A program made the position numbers and the translations under genes. A stretch of 64,000 nucleotides of DNA, from positions 1 through 64,000 of the forward strand of contig JAQGDQ010000488.1 in assembly GCA_030141605.1 (NCBI GenBank), read 5' to 3'. Under the pieces are notes generated by a model, which saw nothing but the letters and a program-made list of their open reading frames with translations, did not search any database and was not told where the DNA came from. Every line of letters begins with the position of its first letter. Positions within the stretch are counted from its first letter, which is position 1. Of the stretch, positions 1 to 13,700 are shown in pieces. Source of the stretch: Tubiluchus corallicola (taxonomy: Eukaryota > Animalia > Priapulida).

Positions 1-11
1 AATTTGAATTT

Positions 12-1115
12 TTAGCATTTTTTAAATCTAGTAATAGATCTGCTATTTTTTGCAGATTGACAAATCTCATTCCAGACTTTTGGTCCTTGATATATTATAA
101 AATGTTTGGCTATGTTGGTTCTACAGAAAGGCACAATGTATTGATTAAATCTTGTATTATGTCTCTTAGATGTCAATTTGACAGGAATTGCAAAAAACTT
201 AGGACATAGTCGATTATTGCATTTATACATAAACACTGCGATATTCAATTTCATTTAATCATCTGATTGCATAATGCTACATTCAAGGTAATGAAGTAAA
301 GGTACTTTACTACGTTTCATTAGGCAATACATTAACCTTACAAATTTTCGTTCCAACATTTTTAAGCATTTCAGTTTAGATGGATATGTGGGGCCCCAAA
401 TTATGCTGCAGTAATTAAGATAAGGTAAAACCAGACTATTACACAAGATTAGTAAGTGTTCTTTCGAAAGACTGTGTTTGATGTGAGTCATCATGCCTAT
501 ATTTTTAGCAATCTTGAGTCTGATGTAAGAGATATGTGATTGCCAGTCATGTGTTCATATATGACAATACCTAAGAATTTAATTTGTTTTACTTGTTGAA
601 TATTACTATTGTCAGTTTGTAATGTCAAATTTGGCATTCTCTTGTTTCTTGATCTAAAAACTGCAAATTTAGTTTTGGAAGCATTTAGCGATAATTTATT
701 ACTCCTAAACCAGTAATATTAAACTGGTGTCATCAACGAACTGCAGGGTTTTTCCCTTATTAATACAATGTTTTATATCATTGATGTACACAAGAAACAA
801 GAGTGGGCCAAGTATCGACCCTTGTGGAACACCACAAGATATTAATTTTGAATTAGATATATAGTTATTATACTTTACTGCTTGTAACCTGCCAGATAGG
901 TAACTTACAAACCAATTATTTGCAACACCTCTTATTCCATAGTGGCATAATTTGTTAATTAAAATTTTATGATCAACAGTGTCAAAAGCTTTTGACAAAT
1001 CACAGAATATACTCACAGATAACTTATTATCTTCAATATCTCTAATTGTGTTGGTCAGCATATCAATTAAAGCCATTTCTGTAGTACTGCCGCCTTTACG
1101 AAATCCATACTGTGC
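12..1115 (-). mobile_element. Degenerate L2/CR1-type LINE ORF2 fragment (reverse transcriptase and C-terminal region)
   Basis: ORFs 705-1169, 255-494 and 12-254 carry RT motifs QYGFRKG-ST, DLSKAFDTV, GVPQGSILGPLLFLVYIND and FVDDT, plus downstream YCSIIWG and GPKVWN; broken by stops and frameshifts. Confidence 0.9.
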
Positions 1116-1429
1116 GTCATTACAACATGGTCCGGATACAACATGGCAGCAAGACCGATCGCTCCACACGATCGATTTACTGGTACCACAACAAATACCA
1201 AGAACATCTACTTTGGTGAAGGACCTTTTTACCTGCCAAGCACGAAGACCCTGTTAACTGGGATAGTTGGGCTATGTATCAGCAAAAACAATTTAAGCAT
1301 ATCTCATGGAAAGTTAACAATGTCCGTTTGTATATCCGAAACGTCCTGACTCAAGCAACGGGTTTTCTACAAATTATGGACAACGATATAGTTTGGATGA
1401 GTTACGCCTCTGAAACAATGGCGATGTGC

Positions 1430-1977
1430 ATTGTTTTTCACATCTTGTGGGACAACTGCTGACTCATTGTTATAAAAGACATTGTTTTTTACGTGTTATT
1501 GTGGGACAACTGCTACCTCATTGTTATTAAGGTACATTGTTTTTCACGTGTTATTGTAGGACAACTGCTGCCTCATTGTTATAAAGGTACATTGTTTTTT
1601 CACATGTTATTGTGGGACAAGTGCTACCTCATTGTTATTAAGGTACATTGTTTTTCACGTGTTATTGTGGGACAACTGCTACCTAATTGTTATAAAGGTA
1701 CATTGTTTTTTACGTGGTATTGTGGGACAACTGCTACCTCATTGTTATAAAGGTATATTGTTTTTTCGAATGTCATTGTGGGACAACTGCTACTTCATTG
1801 TTATAAAGGTAAATTGTTTTTTCACATGTTATTGTGGGACAACTGCTACCTCATTGTTATAAAGTTATATTGTTTTTTCACATGTTATTGTGGGACAACT
1901 GCTACCTCATTGTTATAAAGGTACATTGTTTTTTCACATGTCATTGTGGGACAACTGCTACCTCATTGTTGTAAGGG
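1430..1977. repeat. Minisatellite, 55-56 bp unit, ~10 copies
   Basis: Unit tgtgggacaactgctacctcattgttataaaggtacattgttttttcacatgttat recurs at 1500, 1555, 1611, 1666, 1721, 1777, 1833, 1889, 1945. Confidence 0.95.
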
Positions 1978-2639
1978 CACATCTGCTGACAGATCCTACA
2001 ATGAAGTTGTAATAAATGTTAATTCCCACATTCACGCACAAGATGAAAAGAAAATATCTTTCTGGCATCATAGGTGTTTTTGGAAAAATGCCCACAGTTT
2101 AATTACAGACAATGGGGTTTGCTTGAACAATGTAGGTATGCAAAAACGTGCTAAGAGCATCCAATCAGCCAAAGGACTTTAACCTTTGAGTTTTGTAAAT
2201 GGCAACTTTCTGTACTTTTTGTCATGGATCATTTTGGCCATTGCCTGACATAAGACAACATCCCAAAGGAGCTAAATAAGGTAGAGATTCAGATTAACAA
2301 AGGAAAGATAATGATAATTAACTCTAGTTTAATCTATGGTTGCAGCTATAAATACAGTAGCACTAAGCCTAATTACGTCACTATGGTTACGAACCTCAGC
2401 AGGTGTGGGTCCATGACAGTTAGCGTCATGCGGCAACATTGCAACTGTATAGTAGGCCTACATCAACTGTTATTGTTAATCATTCCTGTTAAGTATGCCA
2501 AGGCAGAAAAAGAAATGAAAGATCATTGTTGAAATGGAGCGTGGATCGGTGCTAGAGGAGCCGTACTTTTCACAGCTGCCACCAGTTTCATCACAAGGTA
2601 CGGAATGTAGCCATCAGTTAACCAATGCGGGTTAACCAT

Positions 2640-2965
2640 GTGATAGCCTGATTAGATCTGCCTCACCTTTGGGATATAATGCCGCTGATAAATTGCGGGC
2701 ATTTAGATTAGTAGGCAGCTACCAAATGAGCTGATACCTAAATGTAAACAAGTTGTTTTGGATAAAGCAGAGAATGAAATCTATAGAAAACCAAAAGCCA
2801 TTCAGCTCTCTAACATTCGTCATTGGTTTCGTGCTTTTGACACATTTATCTCTATCTACATCAGAAAATTTGAAACCTGTTTGGACCTAATAAAATACGC
2901 ATAAGAGCAAAGTCACTGAAATTTGTTTTCCAGTGTGCCAGATTTTACGATGCAGCATTTAGTCA
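2640..2965 (+). mobile_element. Degenerate DIRS/Ngaro-type gag-like relic
   Basis: Manual translation gives SPLGYNAADKLRAF, IRHWFRAFDTFISIYIRK...LIKYA* and RFYDAAF, resembling the W-x-x-AF..IY..Y..YD-x-x-F pattern of tyrosine-recombinase retroelement gag; interrupted. Confidence 0.45.
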
Positions 2966-3225
2966 CACGATTCTAAGTGCAACCAGTTCTAAATTACCTG
3001 GGACGAAGGCGAGATATATCAGCCGACGAAGAGGGATTTGTTGAAACAAAATGCCTGTAAAAAGGCAGAAACGAGATAATTTCACCTGGAAGAGTATCTC
3101 CATTCCATTCCATTGTCACAATTTAATTTAGGATAGGCAAAAAACTGAAATGGTTACTAAAACTAAAACTGCTTATTGGAACTAAAACACGGAAAATTTC
3201 TAATGATGAAGACTAAACCAATTAA

Positions 3226-3662
3226 CCCTTTCATACCCGTTGTATCCCGTGGGATACGAGAATATTTTCTGCCTTTAAAATTAATAAAATTTTAAAACTG
3301 ACAGTTATTTGAGCTGTTAATAGTTAATGATTTAAGCCAATAACAATAGACTAAAAATTGTGATAGAATGGTAAACTAGAAAATCTACATAGCATAAAAA
3401 ACTGTGTAAGGTACAGTACTTTAGAGACGACTTTGTACAGATCAGCATAGCATGCATACTAAATGTCTTAAATACTTTAAAAAATTATCAGCAGTTGCAA
3501 AATGAAGCACATTTTTTGCTTTTGTTGTGTTTTTAAAAAAGTCGGATCTTGTTTTTTGCACATGACAAAGAATGTTGTGTATCCCACAGGATACTTTGAG
3601 AACAAAAGTACCAAGCCAAAATTTTCCTTTCTTTTAAAAAAATTATTTTGGGACTGAAAGGG
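3226..3662 (+). mobile_element. piggyBac-like MITE, copy 1
   Basis: TTAA|CCCTTTCA ... TGAAAGGG|TTAA termini; closely related copies elsewhere in the window. Confidence 0.9.
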
Positions 3663-3975
3663 TTAATGAAAAATCCCACGATAAACAAATTGAAAAGACT
3701 ATTTTAGCACTTTCCTACCTACGAACAAAGAAAAAGTAAAATATCGAATAAGAATCCACTACATATCAAGTTTTTTTAAATTTCATACTCATAACATGAA
3801 CACTGGTTAGGTATATACATAATATACAGCAAATAAAAAATACGATAAAAAAAGAAAAAAGCACAAAATGTTCTAACACTAGAGCACTAGGAACGCCAAG
3901 TACGTAAAAGGGAAGTAAAAGGGAAGCACCAGAAAGAAAATCAGTTTTTAGTGACTTCTTTACTTTCATCTAAAC

Positions 3976-4456
3976 CAGGGGTGTCCAAATTATCCGACTA
4001 GCAGGGCCACATTAAACTTTCCCGCAATTCCTGCGGGCCACAGGCAGTTTGATCAAGCAGCCAAGTACAGAAAGGCCTAATGATTTTTTTTGCATCCGAC
4101 CTGCGTACATCATTACTACTACACTCAAGAAACTATTTTAGAAGTTATTAAAATTTATATTACAAATCATATATTTCTACTTTCAGGACAGATAGTGGTA
4201 ATTTCATTACAATGCATATTAGTAATGTGTATCACACAGTCTGTGTAGTACAGTGACATTAAGCTACAACCGTCTTGTAAGGATTAATGGGATCAGATCT
4301 AGTAGAAAAAAACTACCTGCACTATCTTTGGGATCGTGGCACGGACTTCAGCTGGATACACTCAATTAATCGCCCGGGCCGCGCTTTCATTAGGTTGATA
4401 AATCTCTTCGCGGGCCGCACAAATTCTCTCGGCGGGCCGCAATTTGCACACCCCTG
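3976..4456 (+). mobile_element. hAT (Buster-like) MITE, copy 1
   Basis: TIR caggggtgtccaaatt / aatttgcacacccctg; perfect 8-bp TSD ATCTAAAC. Confidence 0.92.
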
Positions 4457-4585
4457 ATCTAAACACGTGCTGAAAATCAGTGCCGTTTCAATTTCTTGTG
4501 TATTTTTCATCAAATGAAAAGAAATAACTTAACCATCAACAGCGCCAACATGGTCAACTTCAGATCTTTGCCGATGCCGGGACCG

Positions 4586-4775
4586 TCACGACGGCGACGA
4601 CTCGTGTACGAATGTCACTTTGTCGCGGTACTTCATTGTCGTCGGCGGGTTTCTTCTTAAGAGAGGTTCGACAGGATCTGCGTCTTCTGGTCTGTCGTAC
4701 ACCGTACTGATGACCACCTCCCGCTCGCCCCTGTCTGTCCTCACTGGTTTCCGTGACAACTTCTCCCCATGATAC
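4586..4775 (-). CDS. GPATCH3: GPATCH3 exon 7 (last)
   Basis: ctag|G YHGEKLSRK...VISTVYD...RRNPPTTMKYR...stop. Confidence 0.92.
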
Positions 4776-7700
4776 CTAGCAGGTTGAAAGCGAGTAGCAC
4801 TGATAAAACATGGACAGTTCCATGGAAAATACAAACATAACTCAAGGTACCAAATCCCATGAATGATGAACGTTGTATTCGTCATATACTTAATTTAAAG
4901 TGAAAACGGTCAAATTAGTGCCTATTGGACATGTTTGCGAATTTTGCAAAAAAAGGCCAAACGCGAAAATTTCCTGGGGTATAGTTAGTTAGTTAATTTA
5001 TTGACCACAACAAAAGTTACATGTAAATCACAAGCACAATTGAGGTAACTGACCTTTAAGATCCATATTAAATAAATGCATTATTACACGGCTATCATTA
5101 AGCACCAGAAGATAAAGAAAATATTAGTATAAAACACTAAATTATGTTCCTGTTAAATATCAAACGTATTTAAAATTTTAAAGCACAGTTTAAACGTACT
5201 AAACTTATTTTAACATGAAAAGAATTCGTTTAAATCAGGGGTGTGGAAATTATCTGACTAGCCGGGCCACATTAAACTTTCCCGCAATTCCTGCGGGCCA
5301 CAGGCAGTTTGATCAAGGAGCCAAGTACAGTAGGACATAATAAGGATTTTTTTGCATGCGACCTGTGTACATCATTACTACTACACTCAAGAAACTATTT
5401 TAGAAGTTATTAAAATTTATATTACAAACCATATATTTCTACTTTCAGGACAGATAGTGGTAATTTCATTACAATGCATATTAGTAATATGTATCACACA
5501 GTCTGTGCGGTACAGTGATATTAACCTACAACTGTCTTCTAAGGGTTAATGGCATCCGATCTAGTAGAAAAAACTACCCGCAGTATCTTTGGGATTGTGG
5601 CACGGACTTCAGCTGGATACACTCAATTAATCGCCCGGGTCGCACTTTCATTAGGTTGACAAATTTCTTCGCGGGCAGCACAAATTCTCTCGGCGGCCCG
5701 CAATTTGCACACCGCTGTTTTAAATTATTGTAGTCTACATTAGAATAATGTCTCCTAATATGTTCAGTTAATGGAAAAACAGTTATCACAAGATGTTCTG
5801 TTTGAATTTGCCCACATTCCTTCTCACCATACTATCTTCCCATTTCCACCTTCAGTCTGTGAGCTTGCAATCTTAAGATTGTGTATGAACTACGATGTCA
5901 TACAATCGCATTTGCTGCTGTTGCAGGTGGTGTTAAGGTGGGAATCATTATTACGTAGGTGCGACACTGAATTGATTGGCTGGATCTTACTGAGTTCTTT
6001 AACTGTTGTCGGTTATGCTTTTCCTAGTCACGTACGTGCATATTAATTATGCTATTATTGAAGCCACTATTGATGCTTTGCAGCAGCGTGAGTGGCTTCA
6101 TTTGACAGTAAGCATTCTTTTTATAAAACCAACCATAAAACACTAGATAGCCCCAGTAGTCAGCTATACCAGCACACGTGTTATTTATTAATTAAAGAAA
6201 AGCAATGCCCATTTCTGTTGCCCATTGTTTGCACGTAGTAATATTACCCTCCTAACAATAATAATAATAATGATGATAATAATAATAATAATCTTTATTT
6301 AAAGTCGGCTTTTGGGTCAACAATTAACATTAGCTCAAAGAGCTATTATCGCCGACTGTAAATAACAACCTACAACTACATAAACAGAGACTATTATTAC
6401 CCCACTTTGACCCTAAATACCACGCGTCAGGCAGGGCAACAGCAGGTACCATTTTTAAAGTCTGTGGTACGACCCGGCTGCTGGTTCGAACTCACGACCT
6501 CCCAGACGGAAAGCAGACGCATTACCACTAGACTAAACCGTCTGGTCTCCTACTAGTGTGACAGCAGGTGCTTCTAACTATATTGTTGGTTTTTGTATTC
6601 GCTGATAGATGTAGATGACAGAGCGCGTTACTTGGAAATGTGCCTTACCGTGAAATGAAGCCATAATATTTCTGTCAATCTACTTTAAATCCCCAATTTT
6701 GGAATGGAAAAGAAAAGTTCGGATGAACCAAAAGTCTTGATGCACTTTCTAGGAAATGTGCACTTCAAAAATCAAGATAAGCTAAAAATCTGTCACACAA
6801 TGTACACAATGAATATGAAATTGTATCATATCCTTTAACCCTTTCATACCCGTTGTATCCCGTGGGATGCCTTTGTGCCTTTAAAATTAATAAAATTTTA
6901 AGACTGACTGTTATTTGATCTGTTAATAGTTATTTTGATTTAAGCCAATAACAAGAGACTAAGAATAGGCAAACTAAAAAATCTACATAGCATAAAAAAC
7001 TGCACAAGGTACAACACTTTAGAGACGACTTTGTACAGATCAGCATAGCATGCATACTAAATGTCTTAAATACTTTAACAAATTATCAGCAGTTGCAAAA
7101 TGAAGCACATTTTATGCTTCCATTGAATCCCAATGTATCCCGTGGGATACAGACTATATTTAGCACACGGGCGCAGGTAGAAAAAAATAATTATCATGTG
7201 TAAACAAGATGGACATACTGAACAAAAGTACCAAGCCAAAAAGTTTTTTCTTATTAAAAAATAATTTGGGACTGAAAGGGTTAATCTACTCCACTAAGGT
7301 TAACATTTACTTCGAAATTAATGGTAGCCATTTAATTAGTAAATGCCTCACAAAGATAAATTTTTCTTTCGGTTGGCTCTATTCAGTTTTCTAATGCTAC
7401 AAAATTGGGATTGCACTCTACAAGCAGAAACTCAGGATTCAAGAAATAGATAGGTGTGGTGGAACTGGAACATGAATCATTTAGAAGAATACTGGGTTTA
7501 AATTACCTACCCAAAGCCGACTTTCTCGTGTGATGACTGCCCTTCAGCTTCAACAGCTTCTGTCGTTCCTCTCACAGACTTTCCTAGTCCTTCACCATCC
7601 TTCCATCCTTGCTGCTCCATCAATCGCCTACCGACCCCCTAAACGTACAAGAAATTTAACGAGGATGCGGCAAATGAAGACGCTAGCATCTTCGCACTTT

Positions 7701-10700
7701 CACGAACAGCAAACGATTGCATCATGCCTTATGTTTTGTGGTATAATTACATAATTCAGCGATGTGACGCACCCACAAGTATGGAATTTTTAAAACCAAA
7801 CTTAATCGAATGGAAACGAACATGAAAGAATACGTTAAAGCTACAGTGCTGAAATCAGCTAAACAAAAATACAAATGCTCATTGAAATTTGAACTAAAAT
7901 GTCCAATTTTTGATAGGCATGTTAACGCTGTTTAACGAATGTTCAATTTACCATGTAAAAATGATACATAAAAATGGCGTACTCGTGTGTACTTTTCAAA
8001 CTGCCCTATCTTCTTCCCAACTGTTCTCTCGAGCAAGTCCTCCTTTCGTCTCCGTCTCTTTGTGAACCCGCATGTATACATATCTGTCTTCTCTAAACCT
8101 TTCCTTCTACGATGTTGTAGACGCATGTCGGCGTAATCTTTCGCGTCTTTGTCGCCGCCTGGTGGCTGATCAAAGTAAACGCTCATGTCTACGTCCCAGT
8201 CATCAGCAGTTCTCTCGTCAAAATCTAAAATAAGGACGTTGGTCAATATCGAAATCATTGGTTGTTTATAATTTATAAATTGGCTGATGCACTGTTTCTT
8301 TATAGGTCATGCACTATGCATGTTGCATGGCACAAATATCAAGTGTACATTGATACAAATTGTCTGCGTATGTTATTAAACCATCAGTTTACTCTGAATA
8401 ATAACAGATGGCACTGCAGGTAAACTTCTTCACTGTTCTGTAAAATATGGTGGTGCCATCTTTTGCTTGTCTAGAGTTAATTCAGACAGTGGAACAAAAC
8501 ATCTTGTAATGAGCGTAAAAATAGATGTAAGCAGGTTTTATAGCAATGGAGTTGGCAGGGGAATAACTGTCAATGGCCTCTTGTCAACTGTCAACAATAG
8601 AACTGCTGTTGGGTGTCGCACAGTGATGGAAGTAATGTATTACAAATGTAACTAGTTCCAAAAATTACAGTCAACCTCGGATATAAGAGACACCTCGGGA
8701 ATGTCCCTTATAGCCGAAGTCGAGTCAAACCGAGGGTGTATCCAGACCTGTACTTTTCTGCACTTTTACCCGTATTTTTATGGATTATTGCTACAGATTC
8801 AGTGCAAACGGTATGTAGGAAGCTCCTTCCGTGACACGAGATGTGGTTACCACGGAAGCCGAGCTGTTCGAAGGCCGAGTTTGCGAAAAATTGCGGTTAA
8901 AAATCGATCAATTTCGCTTTGATCATAGGGTCTCTTATATGGCAGGTAATTTGCCTGGGTTTCTATTACGCGGGACCTGAAGATATCGTCCCTTATAACC
9001 GAAAGTCCCTTATACTCGAGTACCTTATATACGAAGATATTTACATAGGAAAAACGTTACGAAAAATCGGGACCAGTGTTGGTGGTCGCTTATAAGCGAG
9101 TATCTTATACCCGAGGTTGACTGTATTTCCAAAATTACAGAACTGTAACTGTAACAAGTTACTCTTTTCCACGTGTAACTTGTAGCTATAACTAGTACCT
9201 GTCAAGTGTGATTTAAAAGATTAATAAATGTAGACTAACTTAATTGTCAATTGACGATGTCATACACGATATCAAGATTATTTGTCAACTTCACTTGCAA
9301 TCGTTTGCACAATCTTGATGAATTTTATCTGCCACGGCAATTAATTTAAATTTGATACACAGGACTTGATGTAAACTTAACTAACATAAAACTAAACTTA
9401 TGGTTTATGAATTTGTAGCAAGTTGGCTCAAACTTTTTGGCAGACCTGTACAATAGAAGTATTTGCGAAACAACGTAAAACTAACAGAGCGACATCATCC
9501 TACAAATAAATAAAGACTCTTATGAATTTTACATGAAAACCGTTTTATGCAAATCCATATGCAAGCTCTGTTGTTTGCTATTGTGTGAAAATATGTAACA
9601 ACTAATTAACAACGATCACGGAAAAGCGACGTCAGAACAACCGAAATATTCATTAGGGTAGTTTGGCACTAACAATTTTGATAGTGTGATTTTAATTTAA
9701 TTTAATTTAATACTGTTCCTTTTCTACTTCAGTGCAATTTTAATTACTGTGGCTTTAATTTGCATTCTAATTTAAGGAGATTTTAACTAAGCATTGTGGT
9801 TTTTATTTACATCATATTTTTTAACTAGACTGTTTTTTAACTATTGTGGTTTTAGTGTGTCCTTGTAAATCATGCTACTAATGTTGGGATTAATAAATGA
9901 TGAACGTTTCAGACGTGACATGCATAGTGGTTAATTTAATTTAACTTAATTTAAACTCAGTTAGTAACATGAAAATATTCTGCCTGATGGTCACCGCCGG
10001 TAAATGACGCAATAGCTCGGCAGTGTTCTCAGCCGCCGCAAGAGCCACCTAGCGGTGGATTCACGCAGCTTTAGACATCAGTTAATCAATTAGTGGTCGG
10101 GTTTCTACTCGATCAGTTTTCAGATAAAATCTGTATATTTCTTAACTTGACTGCAACAAATACCTCCTTCTTTCTGGTCCCAGTACTGAGCGTCCGTATA
10201 CCACACCAACCCTGCACCACCCTTCTCCCATGTCACTTCCATTTCTTCTTCATAAAGACGTTCTTTTGTTCTCTCTTGACTAGTTACGTCATCGTAAAGC
10301 GCTTCATGCCGGTCCCATTCTTCTTCCTAATCGGTAAGATAATGCAGAAATTAATTTGCAAGCCAAATTATGCTTTCACACATGCTGAATTGTGCACTAA
10401 GTTAGAAGGTTCAATTCCAGGGTAGAATCTAGATGTTACTTTTTCATACTGACAACAACATCAATATTATCAGATTTGCAAGTAAATTAACACTTTGTAA
10501 TTAACTTTAACACATTGTAAGGCTAAATTTTGTACCTCACTTGATTCCGATTCCTCTTTATCTCTGCAATCAGTCGGTTGTTTCCTAGTGTCAAGTTTTG
10601 GCACATAAGTTCTGCTTAGTTCGACACCTGTACCACTTTTCACAGGACCCTCCTCCTCCTTCTCCTCTTGACCGCATCGTTCCTGCATGCTGTCCACCAT

Positions 10701-13700
10701 TGCTTCACCGTAATCAAAAGGCACAGACCCGTACCGCTTTGAAGACCTATAGGCATTATATTGTATGCGTTAAGTGGGGGAAAAAAACAACCAACTCTGT
10801 CAGCTATATATAGATATATATATCGTGATGCACCAGATCCGAAATCGGGGACGATACTTCGCCAGATCCCATCCAGATTCGGTAAATGATATGCGGTAAA
10901 TTCGAATGGGTTTTTGCCTGTAACATGGCCAAATAAATTTACACATTCCATGCTGTTGCACTACCTTTCCTTACCTACTGCATATTGCTGGTTTTATCAT
11001 GTATGCAGTACTCATGTATTTAGATATTCTGATAACCTATGTAGGTCACACATCAGATTTGGCAGGTAAATACATCAACGTCACCTTATTACGATCACCA
11101 TGACACCTGTCGTCTCACTGTAAACATTAGTGAGGCGAAACGTGTTTACAGTTCAGTAAACTTTAAACACTTTAAACTTGAACACTTGTTATGTTCAAGG
11201 CCGGACTTTGGTTTCGTAGGCCACTAGGTTACAGATACTGTGAGTCCCGGCCCCCAGTGGCAATTAATAAAAGCATGAATGTTCGATTCTTCACATCTGT
11301 TCATTTAACTTCTGCAACATAATGCAAACATCAGTATCTATGAGTTGGAATAATTGACAAGAAAAGAATTACAGTAGTCTAGCCTTGTTATCTCGCCCTT
11401 CGTTATGCTGCCAAACTCGTCTCTCGCCATAGAAAGTACCAGGACGGATTTCCTGCTTTGATATTTACCTCGTGAAGTCGCCACCCTCGCTTCTCGCCCT
11501 CGCCACGTCATGCTAGGATGAGTGCTTATGTAAACTATATTCGTTATGTCGCCAAACAAACAAACTCAAAGGTGAATCGATCAATACATATACCGCGTGT
11601 CTATCAATATAACCGCGGTATGTACACAATGCTGCTGTACTCGATAGACAGACATAATTAATCTAGTGTGTGTCTCACCAGGATTAGATTAGGAGTGCTG
11701 TGGTTGGTTAATGCGCAGAGAAACTAAAGCGTCACCGATATCCTTACTCTATAACACCAAAGCTGCGTTTAAGTTTGAGTTTCCACAAAGTGTGAGCAAC
11801 TTTACATGATGTCTCTGACATGGAACACTATGTTAATCAACTACTATGTATATAAATATAGACTAACTTTGTTATATTCCCGTTATCTTGCCATACTCGC
11901 CTCTCGCCAAAAATCTGCCCTAGACGGACAGTGGCGAGATAACGAGACTAGACTGTATTCCACAATTCAGCTTTGAACATTCACAAAGCTTTTAAAATAT
12001 TTTTCCCTCCCTACTGACGTCTTTTGAGCTCACGAGGTAAGACAGAAACGATTTTTTCAGGGAAATCAGGTAAATTCCGGACATATCTAGACTTATGAAA
12101 AACCAACCCCGACGATGATTTTTAGTGTGAAAAGGGAAAACCGGAATCGTAACAATACTCAAAGTTTTCCAAAATCAAGTTAATAATTTAAAACTCTGAG
12201 TACTTATAAAAGAAAGGTTTTCTGAGTGTGTGAGCAATTTCTCTCAGTTTGATAGGCACACTGCCGAACAAACTGCAGAAAAATAAATACATGTATCGAT
12301 AAGAATTAGTAAACTGCAGCAAAAATGTACAAAATCCGGCAGATGGTACCCCAGTTCAGTCGCCATGATGCAGATCTGATAAGATTGATTCGAAGCATCA
12401 CTAAAGCCTCCATACACCAAACTTAAAATATAATTTTAAAATTATAGCACAATTTCAAAACTTAAAAGCAATAGACTTTACTTAATTATGCATTAGTCTG
12501 TATGTAGAATGATTTACAACTCCAGTTTTGAAACTGATTCATTATGGTGAGCAGCAAAAGAACGTTTGTCATCAGCACGACTGATACACGTATCAATGTA
12601 TATGTGTGCAACGTATTTATAATATAATATATAATATATATATATATAACGTGTATCAATATTATATGATATGTTTATAATATTTATATAATATTAGAAA
12701 AACATAAATATATGAATAAAAAAATCCGACAATAGTTGTAACAACAAGAACATAAAAGTATTTATTTATATTATTTATCTTTCTCATTGAGTTATTAATT
12801 TATTCTCTCTTCAGATTTTGTTTCATGGTTCCTAAAGTGTATAAGCTACGGTCACTTAAGATGACAAACTAAATAAAGATGCTAAAGTTTGCAAAAAGTT
12901 ACTATTTTTCATTATCCGCGTTTATCCGAATATTTCATTAGAATGAGCCTTTTTATAGTTTCGTTGTGCGCAGCTGGTAAGTTCTTTACTTAATTATGTA
13001 TTTGTTTCAGTGCATAGAGTGATTTACTAGCAGGATCTTGTTTGGGAACAAGAAAAAATGAACTAGGTAAGATTCTAGGTAGCTGTTAAAAGTTTTACTA
13101 AATTAAAGCGACTAAATTTAAAAAGCTATAGCCATTGTGAATGGTAATCTCGGTTTACAGTGTGCCAAACTGTATGAAAAAGGACCAACCGAAGCATTAC
13201 TCAGCCACTAACGATACCAGCGCAACAAGCAATAATGCGCACCCTTTCCATTAAACTTGTTTTGAGTGATGTACTGTTAAAATGGCTGCACCTAAGTCAT
13301 CGGGGGAGTTTAAATTTCCAAGAATTATATACTGTGTTACACCTAATGCTAGCCCTGTATGCAGTAAGACAGTACATGAAGATGATACAGAATTTCAAGG
13401 CCGACTATTAAGCTTTATGAATGAATAACGTTTTCTTGTACTTCAAGCGTAGTAGTAGTAGTAGTTATATGGCAAAAATCCATTTATCGTCTGTCTTTCA
13501 GATCATAATACACTACCTCGATTTTGGAAAGTGGAGATCTAGCTGACGAATCAGACCAGAGGGCATCTTGCACTCCTTGATGAGGCCCAAGAAGTAACGA
13601 GTCGGAGTGCCAACATTGCCTTGTGGCATGACAGACGGCGGATGAAATTCAGCAAGTTTATCTAAATCTGACAGAGTAAAGGCTTCTCTTTTGGGATCAA

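Noticed and set aside
1493-1862. Cys/Tyr-rich repetitive ORFs
   Set aside because: Translations of the 55-56 bp minisatellite with shifting frames
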